From Octopus sinensis (Eukaryota), in assembly GCF_006345805.1 (NCBI RefSeq), contig NC_043019.1, positions 30,875,360 to 30,939,359 of the forward strand: 64,000 nt of DNA, written 5' to 3'. The notes under the pieces were generated by a model. That model did no database searches and was not told the DNA's origin. It was given only the letters and a program-made list of their open reading frames with translations. Position 1 is the stretch's first letter. The number at the start of each line of letters is the position of its first letter. Below are positions 1-10,964 of the stretch, one piece after another. Both the position numbers and the translations under genes were made by a program.

Positions 1-149
1 TTGTATTCAATATATAATCAAAACATAATTCAGAGCAATTAACGAGCAATTTTTATTGTTACTTAGCTCCAGGGGATCCTAAAAAAAACTTCGTTTTCCT
101 GATTATTTTAAGCAGTGTTTCATTTTATATGGTGTCCTTCCCAACCAGT

Positions 150-485
150 GAAGGCACATGGCTCAGTGGTTAGAGCGTAGAGCTTACAATCATGAGGTTG
201 TGTGTTCTATTCCAGGACCAGGCTGTGTGTTGTGTTCTTGAGCAAGACACTTTATTTCACGTTGCTCCAGTTAACTCAGCTGTAGAAATGAGTTGTGACC
301 TCACTGGTGCCAAGCTGTATCGGCCTTTGCCTTTCCCTTGGATAACATTGGTGGTGTGGAGAGGGGAGGCTGGTATGCATGGGTGACTGCTGGCCTCCCA
401 CAAACAATCTTGCCCGGACTTGTGCCTTGTGGGGGGGACTTTCTAGGTGAAATCCCATGGTCATTAATGACCGAAGGGGGTCTCC
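150..485 (+). mobile_element. tRNA-derived SINE (family C-related, different 3' tail)
   Basis: A-box-like TGGCTCAGTGG and decayed B box GTTCTATTCC, then central domain GTGTTCTTGAGCAAGACACTTTATTTCACGTTGCTCCAG also seen at 711, 38335 and 40615. Confidence 0.75.
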
Positions 486-710
486 TCCCTCCCAACCAAT
501 TTGTTGTGAGAGACACTGCATAAAATGCTCTAAATCAGAAGGCACGGAGGTCCATGTGTGTTGCTAGAGTAGAATATTTTGAAACCGAAAGCAAGAGAGT
601 GCATTAAGAGAGGAACAGACATTGTCATCAACCCTCTGTTGTTGTTGTTCAGGGTCACTCATAGTGCCCACAGTGCCACAGGATCCACTTATCTTGTGTT
701 GGTTTTGTTG

Positions 711-950
711 TGGAGGTGCATGGCTTAGTGGTTAGGATGTTGGACTCATGATCAAAAGATTGGGGTTTCGATTCCTGGACTGGGTCATGCATTGTGTTCT
801 TGAGCACATTGCTCCAGTTCATTCAGCTGGCAAGAATGAATAATCCTGGGATGGACTGGCGTCTCATCCAGGTGGGCAATGTATATGTCATGAAATCAGG
901 AAACCGGCCCTTATGAGTCAGTATGACTCAATGAAGTAACCTCGACCTTA
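711..950 (+). mobile_element. tRNA-derived SINE family C
   Basis: TGGCTTAGTGG ... GTTTCGATTCC head; body GATGGACTGGCGTCTCATCCAGGTGG...GGAAACCGGCCCTTATGAG shared with 38335-38580, 40615-40860, 42892-43176 and 54687-54990. Confidence 0.75.
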
Positions 951-1039
951 CCCTTTTTCTTTTTTAGAGGAGGATAACTGTCTTGGATCAACACTGACAT
1001 CACTTTTGATGAACTATTATAAGCAAAGTAAGAGCAGAA

Positions 1040-1213
1040 TTAGTTGTGTAATAAGTGGCTTGCTTCTCAACCACATGGTTATGGGTTCGGTTCCACTGCA
1101 TGGCACCTTGTCAAGTGTCTTCTACTATAGCCTCGGGCCAACCAAAGCCTTGTGAGTGGATTTGGTAGGCAGAAGCTGAAAGAAGCCCATTGTGTATATA
1201 TATAAATATATAA

Positions 1214-1259
<46 letters not shown>

Positions 1260-1395
1260 ATATGTTTGTGTGTTTGTGTTTGTCCCTCCAACATTGCTTG
1301 ACAACCGATGCTGATGTGATTACGTACCCGTAACTTAGTGGTTCGGCAAAAGAGACTGATAGAGTAAGTACTAGGCTTATAAAGAATAAGTCTTA
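1040..1395 (+). mobile_element. SINE family A (tRNA head, CORE-like segment, internal TA/TG microsatellite), 3' truncated
   Basis: CCACATGGTT..GGTTCGGTTCCACTGC..GGCACCTTG..AAGTGTCTTCTACTATAGCC, internal (TA)n, then GTTTGTCCC..CTTGACAACCGATGCTG; about 15 further copies in the window. Confidence 0.85.
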
Positions 1396-1396
1396 G

Positions 1397-3450
1397 AACT
1401 AATAATTGAAAAAATAATTGAAAGAAATGATTGAAAGAAATAATTGAAAGAAATTATTGAAAGAATAATTGAAAAAATAATTGAAAGAATAATTGAAAGA
1501 AATTATTGAAAGAATAATTCAAAGAAGTAATTGAAAGAATAATTGAAAGAAATAATAGAAAAAAATAATTGAAAGAAATAATTGAAAGAATAATTGAAAG
1601 AAATTATTGAAAGAATAATTGAAAAAATAATTGAAAGAATAATTGAAAGAAATTATTGAAAGAATAATTGAAAGAAATAATTGAAAGAATAATTGAAATA
1701 AATAATTGAAAGAATAATTGAAAGAAATAATAGAAAAAAATAATTGAAAGAAATAATTGAAAGAATAATTGAAAGAAATAATTGAAAGAATAATTGAAAG
1801 AAATAATTGAAAGAATAATTGAAAGAAATTATTGAAAGAATAATTGAAAGAAGTAATTGAAAGAATAATTGAAAGAAATAATTGAAAGAAAATAGAAAAA
1901 AATAATTGAAAGAAATAATTGAAAGAATAATTGAAAGAAATTATTGAAAGAATAAGTGAAAGAAATAATTGAAAGAATAATTGAAAGAAATAATTGAAAT
2001 AAATAATTGAAAGAATAATTGAAAGAAATAATAGAAAAAAATAATTGAAAGAAATAATTGAAAGAATAATTGAAAGAAATTATTGAAAGAATAAGTGAAA
2101 GAAGTAATTGAAAGAATAATTGAAAGAAATAATTGAAATAAATAATTGAAAGAATAATTGAAAGAAATAATAGAAAAAAATAATTGAAAGAAATAATTGA
2201 AAAATAATTGAAATAAATAATTAAAAGAATAATTGAAAGAAATAATTGAAAGAATTATTGAAAGAAATAATTGAAAGAAATTATTGAAAGAATAATTGAA
2301 AGAATTAATTGAAAGAATAATTGAAAGAAATAAGTGAAATAAATAATAGAAAAAATAATTTAAAAAATAATAGAAAAAAATAATTGAAAGAAATAATTGA
2401 AAGAATAATTGAAATAAATAATTGAAAGAATAATTGAAAGAAATAATAGAAAAAAATAATTGAAAGAAATAATTGAAAGAATAATTGAAAGAAATAATTG
2501 AAAGAATAATTGAAAGAAATAATTGAAAGAATAATTGAAAGAAATTATTGAAAGAATAATTGAAAGAAGTAATTGAAAGAATAATTGAAAGAAATAATTG
2601 AAAGAATTAATAGAAAAAAATAATTGAAAGAAATAATTGAAAGAATAATTGAAAGAAATTATTGAAAGAATAAGTGAAAGAAATAATTGAAAGAATAATT
2701 GAAAGAAATAATTGAAATAAATAATTGAAAGAATAATTGAAAGAAATAATAGAAAAAAATAATTGAAAGAAATAATTGAAAGAATAATTGAAAGAAATTA
2801 TTGAAAGAATAAGTGAAAGAAGTAATTGAAAGAATAATTGAAAGAAATAATTGAAAGAAATTATTGAAAGAATAATTGAAAGAATTAATTGAAAGAATAA
2901 TTGAAAGAAATAATTGAAATAAATAATAGAAAAAATAATTTAAAAAATAATAGAAAAAAATAATTGAAAGAAATAATTGAAAAATAATTGAAATAAATAA
3001 TTAAAAGAATAATTGAAAGAAATAATTGAAAGAATAATTGAAAGAAATAATTGAAAGAATAATTGAAAGAAATTATTGAAAGAATAATTGAAAGAAGTAA
3101 TTGAAAGAATAATTGAAAGAAATTATTGAAAGAATAATTGAAAGAAATAATTGATAGAATAATTGAAAGAAATAATTGAAAGAATAATTGAAAGAAATTA
3201 TTGAAAGAATAATTGAAAGAAATTATTGAAAGAATAATTGAAAGAAATTATTGAAAGAATAATTGAAAGAAATAATTGAAATAAATAATAGAAAAAATAA
3301 TAAAAAAAAATAATAGAAAAAAATAATTGAAAGAAATAATTGAAAGAATAATTGAAAGAAATTATTGATAGAATAATTGAAAGAAATAATTGAAAGAATA
3401 ATTGAAAGAAGTGATTGAAAGAATATCTGAAAGAAATAATTGAAATAATA
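1397..3450. repeat. Minisatellite of 12/13-bp AATAATTGAAAG(A) units, ~2.05 kb
   Basis: Directly visible tandem array with variant units AATTATTG, AGTAATTG, AATAAGTG and AATAATAGAAAAAA; almost no C on the + strand. Confidence 0.97.
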
Positions 3451-3451
3451 T

Positions 3452-3690
3452 AAGGTGGAGAGCTGGCAGAAACGTTAACACACCGAGCAAAATGCTCAAT
3501 GGTATTTCGTCTGTCTTTATGTTCTGAGTTCAAATTCTGCCAAGGTCGACTTTGCCTTTCATCCTTTTGGGGTTGATAAATTAAGGACCAGTTACGCTCT
3601 GGGGTTGATGTAATCGACTTAATCCCTTTGTCTATCCTTGTTTGTCCCCTCTATGTTTAGCCCCTTGTGGGCAATAAAGAAATAAGAAAT
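3452..3690 (+). mobile_element. SINE family B (tRNA-like head, Nin/Deu-like central domain)
   Basis: AAGGTGGAGAGCTGGCAGAAACGTT..GAGTTCAAATTC..GTCGACTTTGCCTTTCATCCTTT..GATAAATTAAG..CTGGGG..GATGTAATCGACT..GTTTGTCCCCTCT..CCCCTTGTGGGCAATAAAGAAATA; more than 20 related copies. The Nin/Deu resemblance is from memory of that domain. Confidence 0.85.
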
Positions 3691-3764
3691 AATTGAAAGC
3701 TGAATCTAAATACAGCCATACATCAGAAATAATCATTAAAAGTTATATATATGGTTAGACTGAC

Positions 3765-3818
3765 CGGGTAGGATTCTCCAGGAACTTCCAAATATTCTTC
3801 AACTCCTGCATCGCCAGA
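3765..3818 (-). CDS. Candidate 54-nt exon of an unidentified host gene
   Basis: Minus strand: acceptor TTTCTTTCTTCTCTATGTTTCAG, 54 nt of non-repetitive sequence, donor GTCAGT. Two open frames: SGDAGVEEYLEVPGESYP and LAMQELKNIWKFLENPT(R). Product not recognised. Confidence 0.5.
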
Positions 3819-4432
3819 CTGAAACATAGAGAAGAAAGAAACTGTTAAAGAAATCTTCAATAATAATAATCATGTGATTAACCATGCAGATCCTCAACAC
3901 CAACCGACACTGACTTCCCTCATTCTCTAATACTTTAACTCCCATGTCCCCTAGCATAAAGCTGACTCCCATCTCCCCCAGGGTTCATAGTCCTGCAAGC
4001 TGCTTGGTGGCTTCAGCAGTGCTGGTGGTATGAAAAAAAGGACACAATACATGGTGAAAAGTGATTGGATTTAAGCAGAGCATCCAGGCATAGAAACCAT
4101 TGCCAGAGCTGACAGTGGAGCATAATGCAGTCGTTGGACCCATAGGATCCTGTTATACAGGCCAATCCATACCAGCATGGAACATGGATGATAGATGATG
4201 ATGAAGAATAATGACAGTAGTGTCCCATTGTGATGTGTTCTAACATCAGCATAAAACCATCTTGTGAAGGGAGGTAAACAAAATACTTAGCAGCTTTCTT
4301 CCAATACTTTACTTCCTGAGTTCAAATGCTGCTGAGGTCAACTTTGCCTTTCACCCTTTTAGGGTCAAAACAACAAAATATCAGTCAAACACTGGTGTCA
4401 ATGTAAATGATTCACCCAACTTTTAATAATGA

Positions 4433-4652
4433 AACTATTGTATACAGTGCTCAGGTGCACCACAACTTGTCAAACTTGCATACAAAGCATATGCAGTAAT
4501 GTACAAATGTCTGGGAAGTGAACGGTGTATGAGTCAGATACATGCTTGTGTGTGTATGGAAGGGAGAAAACAAGTGTAGTGTTGGCAAATCTCAGGAAGC
4601 ATGGAAGTTTTGATGGATGCAGTGCTCTGATAACCAACAACTGGTGCTGGCA
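4433..4652 (-). mobile_element. 3' end of CR1-group LINE nested inside a degenerate family-B SINE (4270-4700)
   Basis: Reverse complement matches ~14590-14810; SINE B sequence (TTTGCCTTTCACCC...) precedes it and resumes after it (AAAATTGCTGGCCTTGTACC). Confidence 0.85.
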
Positions 4653-4802
4653 CCAACAACTCAAAATTGCTGGCCTTGTACCGAAATTAGAAAGATTATC
4701 ACAGGAATTATTATAAGGTTACACAGAGTGGCAACAAGAAATTGTGAAGAAAGTAAAATTTATAAAGAAAGCAAAGAAGTTATATGAATGAGAAAGTTAG
4801 TA

Positions 4803-5787
4803 TAAAGTACTACAGGTGTGAATATATGTTGTAGAGTGTTAGCATATGGAATTATTAAACAGGGAATAAGAAAGTAGTCTACAGGTGTGAGGATATTTTG
4901 GGGGAGTGTTAGCATATGGAATTATTAAACAGAGACTAAGAAAGTAGTCTACAGGTGTGAGGATATTTTGGGGGAGTGTTAGCAGTTGGAATTATTAAAC
5001 AGGGAATAAGAAAGTAGTCTACAGGTGTGAGGATATTTTGGGGGAGTGTTAGCAGATGGAATTATTAAACAGGGAATAAGAAAGTAGTCTACAGGTGTGA
5101 GGATATTTTGGGGGAGTGTTAGCAGATGGAATTATTAAACAGGGAATCAGAAAGTAGTCTACAGGTGTGAGGATATTTTGGGGGAGTGTTAGCATATGGA
5201 ATTATTAAACAAAGACTAAGAAAGTAGTCTACAGGTGTGAGGATATTTTGGGGGAGTGTTAGCAGATGGAATTATTAAACAGAGACTAAGAAAGTAGTCT
5301 ACAGGTGTGAGGATATTTTGGGGGAGTGTTAGCATATGGAATTATTAAACAGAGACTAAGAAAGTAGTCTACAGGTGTGAGGATATTTTGGAGGAGTGTT
5401 AGCAGATGGAATTATTAAACAGGGAATAAGAAAGTAGTCTACAGGTGTGAGGATATTTTGGGGGAGTGTTAGCATATGGAATTATTAAACAGAGACTAAG
5501 AAAGTAGTCTACAGGTGTGAGGATATTTTGGGGGAGTGTTAGCATATGGAATTATTAAACAGGGAATAAGAAAGTAGTCTACAGGAGTGAGGATATTTTG
5601 GGGGAGTGTTAGCAGATGGAATTATTAAACAGGGAATAAGAAAGTAGTCTACAGGTGTGAGGATATTTTGGGGGAGTGTTAGCATATGGACTTATTAAAC
5701 AAAGACTAAGAAAGTAGTCTACAGGTGTGAGGATATTTTGGGGGAGTGTTAGCATATGGAATTATTAAACAGGGAATAAGAAAGTAG
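4803..5787. repeat. 70-bp VNTR: 13 full units, one degenerate and one partial unit
   Basis: Unit AGGGAATAAGAAAGTAGTCTACAGGTGTGAGGATATTTTGGGGGAGTGTTAGCATATGGAATTATTAAAC starting at 4861, 4931 ... 5701, partial at 5771. Confidence 0.97.
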
Positions 5788-6050
5788 GCAATGCTAACAA
5801 AATTTGAACTCTGAAGAACTTTTCATATTGATTCCCTTTTGATGTGGTCATTAACATTAAAAGAGAAATAATGGTTTGATTAGTTCCATCAAGGTCCATA
5901 CTGAAAGGCTTAGGTTTAGCAGTGGAAGCTGATGAAACAATTGCCAATTATACAGGTAATTAAGTGTCATTAGAGCATCCATTAGTATGTAATTAACATG
6001 ACTAGCTGTGATTCTATATTGATTAATGTGAGACTGAATATAATCACACC

Positions 6051-6095
<45 letters not shown>

Positions 6096-6109
6096 TAATA
6101 ATGATGATG

Positions 6110-6158
<49 letters not shown>

Positions 6159-6179
6159 TAATAATAATAATGATAATAA

Positions 6180-6735
6180 ATGCCCTGATGCAGTACCAGG
6201 CAGTGGCTCTCATGGCTTCTGATCTTAACTGATTGGAAGTGTTATCATGTACATTGTTTTGTCTTGGTATAAAAGATGGGCTACAGCAAATATTCTGCTC
6301 AATACCACAGATTTGCTTGTCAGTTGTTTGACCTTAACCAGTTGAGCATGTCCCTTAGTGGCTGACAATATGTGCATCTCTGATCACGAACAGAAGTAGT
6401 GGGGGAGCATCATAGCCATGTGTGGAAAGAGATTCTTTGGGGTTTGAATAATTCACCTCTGGAAACATGGGTGGTTCTTTCAACATCCTTAAACAACCCT
6501 TATTCAGGGACCTTTTGAGCGGGATGGGCTACTCAACCTGAAGAAATTTCTAACTGGGCCCCACCTGCAAGGTCATGTGCTGTTTATCTTGATATGAGAT
6601 CACCATGTCACGCACATATGGTTGTGATGCATGTGCCTGGTGTACCTTTATCAGATGGGTAGTCATGATGGGTATATTGGGCTTCGTATATTTTACCCCA
6701 GTGTCACGTTGATGGCATGCACTGCTCTCTCACTC
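6180..6735 (+). mobile_element. Non-coding ~555-bp element X embedded in (TAA)n (tract 6051-6795)
   Basis: ATGCCCTGATGCAGTACC...CTGCTCTCTCACTC, highly similar to 60706-61244 and 60068-60400; (AAT)n on both sides. Confidence 0.85.
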
Positions 6736-6754
6736 AATGATAATAATAATAATG

Positions 6755-6795
<41 letters not shown>

Positions 6796-7406
6796 TTATC
6801 ATAATCATTAATTAATATCTTTTCATTCATCTACCTGTCACAAAAAAGCACATATACATACGAAATGTATATACAATATATACATACAATATATTGTATA
6901 TACAGTATATACAATATATTGGAACATATTAAAAATTTGCCAGTCATACAATACAAATACAATGCACAATGTATGGAAGCACAGGGGCAGCTGTGTGGTA
7001 AAAGGTTTGCTTCCCAACCACATGGTTCTAGGTTCAATCCCACTACACAACATCTTGGGAAAGTGTCTTTTATTGTGGCCTGGGGCTGGCCAAAGCCTTA
7101 TGAGAGGCTTTTGTAAACAGAAACTGGAAAATGTCTGTCATATATATATAATAATTATTGTTATTTGAAGGAATAAATCCAAACTTACAAAGAAAAAATT
7201 CAATTTAGAAATACTAAATCAAATTTCACACAATATTATATATATCTATTATATACGTTTTTATTATTATTTTTTGCAATTTACTTAATCATCGACATTT
7301 TATTGTTATTTTAATTTCAATATTTCTATTATATGTAATTTTCTAGATGTAATTTAATTGTTCATTTTGAATTGATAAAAGGTGTTTTTTTTTCTAATTT
7401 TATATA

Positions 7407-7442
<36 letters not shown>

Positions 7443-7831
7443 AATAAGGACAGACAAACAGATTACGTCAAATATATCGACCCCAGTGCATAACTGGTAC
7501 TTATTTAATCGACCCTGAAAGTCTACCTTGGCGGAATTTGAACTCAGAACATGGTGGCAGAGTAAATACTGCTAAGCATTTCATCCAGTGTGCTAAAGAT
7601 TCTGCCAGATCACCGCCTTTGAACTCTGATTCTTGATGATTTACTGCCCACAAATGATTAATTCTAAATAATGACAATTTTTCTGTTTTCTTCAAAACAT
7701 TTTTCCTGTCCTTTTCTTTGTTTTCAGAAAACTTTGTACACATAACTTCCATAGAAGCCATTTTATGCCCATCTGATGAAACATTATTATTAACCTTTAC
7801 ATGGAATTCCAAGTGATGGTAATAATTTTCT

Positions 7832-8058
7832 TTAACCCTTTCGTTACTGTATTTATTTTGAGATGCTCTGTATTTCTTTCAATTACTTTAAATATAACAA
7901 AGAATTTAGTAAAATAACTTAATTAGCATTCAGCTAGTGTTAGGAACATAAATTGTGCCAAAGGTTGGTGGAAGATTTTAATTCAGAACTTTTGAAAACA
8001 AGACATTTGTACTCAGAGACAGAGCCGGTTTCAGCCGGGTTGGTATTGAAAGGGTTAA
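7832..8058 (+). mobile_element. piggyBac-type MITE family 1
   Basis: TTAA-CCCTTTC ... GAAAGGG-TTAA termini; further copies at 9701, 26012, 42677 and 45496. Confidence 0.9.
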
Positions 8059-8192
8059 TGACAGTTACTAATCTCTCTCTCTCTCTCTCTCTCTCCATAA
8101 GCACAAAATCCTGTAGCCTGATGTAGCTGCTATACACAGTGTATGCCTGTAGAAAGTTATTAATAACAGAACAAAACATTTTGTAATGTCAA

Positions 8193-8618
8193 CTTTACTC
8201 TTTTACTTGTTTCAGTCATTTGACTGTGGCCAAGCTGGAGCACTGCCTTTAGTCGAGCAAATCGACCCCAGGACTTATCCTTTGTAAGCCTAGTACTTAT
8301 TCTATCATTTTCTTTTGCCGAACTGCTAAGTTACAGGGACAAAAACACACCACCATCGGTTGTCAAGCGATGTTGGGGGGACAAACAGACACACAAACAT
8401 ACACACACACAACACACATATATATATATACATATATATATACATGTATATATACTACGGGCTTCTTTCAGTTTCCATCTACCAAATCCACTCATAAGGC
8501 TTTGGTCGGACCGAGGCTATAGTAGAAGACACTTGCCTAAGGTGCGACGCAGTGGGAATGAACCCTGAACCATGTGGCTGGTAAGCAAGCTGCTTACCAC
8601 TCAGCCACTCCTGCACCT
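8193..8618 (-). mobile_element. SINE family A, near full length
   Basis: Reverse complement of family A including 3' tail GTCAAATGACTGAAACAAGTAAAAGAG. Confidence 0.88.
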
Positions 8619-9169
8619 TGCTCATAAATATTCATGACCTGTCTCAAAGAAAGTCTTAATTAGTTTAAATTAAATGCATAAATTCCTAAACAGATATCAA
8701 ATAAAAGCAAATTATATATTTTATAGTTAAAATGCAACTTGCTATGCCTATCATTAACCAAAGTAACACTGATTAATTTGCACAGCTAAGAATTTGTATT
8801 AATGGTACAAAACAGAAAAATTTCAAAAAAGACATCAATTTGCTAAAAAAAAAAAAAAAATCAAGTGAAGATTTAAAATAAAAATAAAAACACTAATTGA
8901 AAAAATAGCAAACCTGGAAACTATTAAATTTACCTCATTAAAATTCATCGCAGTAAAGTTATAGCAAAATGTGTGATGGTAAAGATAATTTATATTTTAT
9001 GTTTTGTTGTTTACTTGTTTCGGTTTACTCGACTGTGGCCATGCTGGGGCACTGCCTTGAAGAATTTTACTTGAACGAATTGATAAAAGTACTGGTTTTT
9101 CTTTTTTAAGCTTGGTTCTTATTCTATAGGCCTCTTCTGTTGAACTGCTAAGTTATGGGAATGTAATAA

Positions 9170-9202
<33 letters not shown>

Positions 9203-9579
9203 AAGAGGCACAGGTGCAGGAGTGGTTGTGAGTTTAGTCATTGAGAAGCAAACTTATTATCACACACCCACTCCTGTACTTCTATCTTTTTTATTTTTTT
9301 TACATATTTATAAAAAAAAAACAAAAAAAACATGCATGTAACTCACAAAAAGACCATAATTTTCTGACAAACAGGTAAAAAGAAAACCATTATTGACAGT
9401 GTGTAAGTTTAAATGTCTTGGTCTAAGAAATTTATTTGCAGACACATATATTTCATTGTGAACAATATCTCTTAGTAGCTATACAAAAACACATTGTGTG
9501 TGGGCGTATCAGTGTGGGTATATGTGTGTGTGTGCATGCAAGTGCTGTACACACACATACACACACACACGCACACACA

Positions 9580-10157
9580 CACAAGGGTTTTATTGAAAGT
9601 ATTGTAAAAGTGGGTGGCCTAGGCCATTCCAATTGGTGTTGGCAGAGTCACTTTTCCACTCAATATAGTCTCTATTACAGACAATGTATTTGTACCATCC
9701 TTAACCCTTTCATTACCAACCCCGCTGAAACTGGCTCTGGCTCTGAGTACAAATGTCTTTTCATAAGTTTTGAATTAAAATCGCCCACCAAAGCTTAGTC
9801 ATAATTTATGTTCCTGACACTAGCTTCATAACTAAGTTATTTTACTAAATTCTTTGTTATATTTAAAGTAACTGAAAGAAACACAGAGCATCTCAAAATT
9901 AGTACAGTAATGAAAGGGTTAAACACAGCCCTTGAATATTCTTTGAAAACCTTCAGCTAAGCACCTGCTTCTTCACAGCCACTTTCACATTGTCTCTGCC
10001 ATCAAATAATTGTCCATCATAGGCTGTCCTTTACTGAATCAATCAGGTGAAAGTCAGAGGATGCCAGATTAGGATGAAGGACTACTGGATACCCCAGTTT
10101 TCCAGCTACCTGATTTATCACCAAAGATGTGTCTAGTCACACACTGTCATAATGAAT
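9580..10157 (-). pseudogene. Highly degenerate mariner transposase C-terminal relic, split by a piggyBac MITE
   Basis: Minus-strand translation with stops and frameshifts: KLGYPVVLHP-NLASSDFHLIDSVKDSL..DNVKVAVKK..GWYKYIVCNRDYIE, resembling the mariner HPPYSPDLAPSDFHLF..W.KCI...GDY.E pattern. Confidence 0.55.
9701..9922 (-). mobile_element. piggyBac-type MITE family 1
   Basis: TTAACCCTTT...AAAGGGTTAA; reverse complement of 7832-8058. Confidence 0.9.
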
Positions 10158-10159
10158 TC

Positions 10160-10459
10160 TTTTATTCTTTTATTCTTTTTTTTGGTCATCTTGACTGTGG
10201 CCATGCTGGAGCACCGCCTTTACTCAAACAAATCGCCCCCAGGACTTATTCTTTGTAAGCCTAGTATTTATTCTATTGGCCTCTTCTTGGTAACTAATGC
10301 TGGTGTGCTTACATCCCCATAACTTAGCAGTTTGACGAAAGAGATCAATAGAATAAGTACTAGGCTTACAAAGAATAAGTCCTAGGATCAGTTTGTTTGA
10401 CTAAAAGGTGTAAACACACGAACATCGGTTGTCAAGCGATGGTGGGGAGACAAACACAG

Positions 10460-10491
<32 letters not shown>

Positions 10492-10652
10492 ACAACAGGC
10501 TTCTTACAGTTTCCGTGTACCAAATCCACTTACAAAGCTTTGGTCTGCCTGATGCTAATGTAGAAGACACTTGCCCAAGTGCTACAAAGTGGGACTGAAC
10601 CTGGAACCATGTGGCTGGTAAGCAAGGTACTTACCACACAGCTACTCCTGTA
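10160..10652 (-). mobile_element. SINE family A with an internal inverted family-A segment (~10290-10410)
   Basis: Minus-strand family A interrupted by a plus-strand AATAGAATAAGTACTAGGCTTACAAAGAATAAGTCCT segment complementary to ~10240-10280. Confidence 0.8.
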
Positions 10653-10964
10653 AATTTTACTCAAATTTAAAAGTATTTCCTGTCTTTTATAACATAACAG
10701 TTATTGAATTAATGCCAACCTTTGTCAAGCAAACCTATGATTAATCGTGTTATATTTCTGACTATCCTGTTTTTATTTTTAAAACACTACAGTGTGATCT
10801 GAGTGAAATTTGAATGATATTTCTAGCAGGTCGAGCAAATATATTAAAGCTTCTTTGGTTATTTAGTGTTACACAAAATCTATCTTCTTGTTTAACATTA
10901 CCACATGAACTTCATGTGTCTTTACTAGAGTCTGTTCTGTTGCTAACTTTCAAACAAGTTCCTT

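Noticed and set aside
3198-3533. Hydrophobic 111-aa membrane-like ORF
   Set aside because: Reverse translation of the minisatellite plus a SINE head.
4803-5787. CRISPR-like regular array
   Set aside because: Units are contiguous near-identical 70-mers with no unique spacers, no cas genes, and a eukaryotic context.
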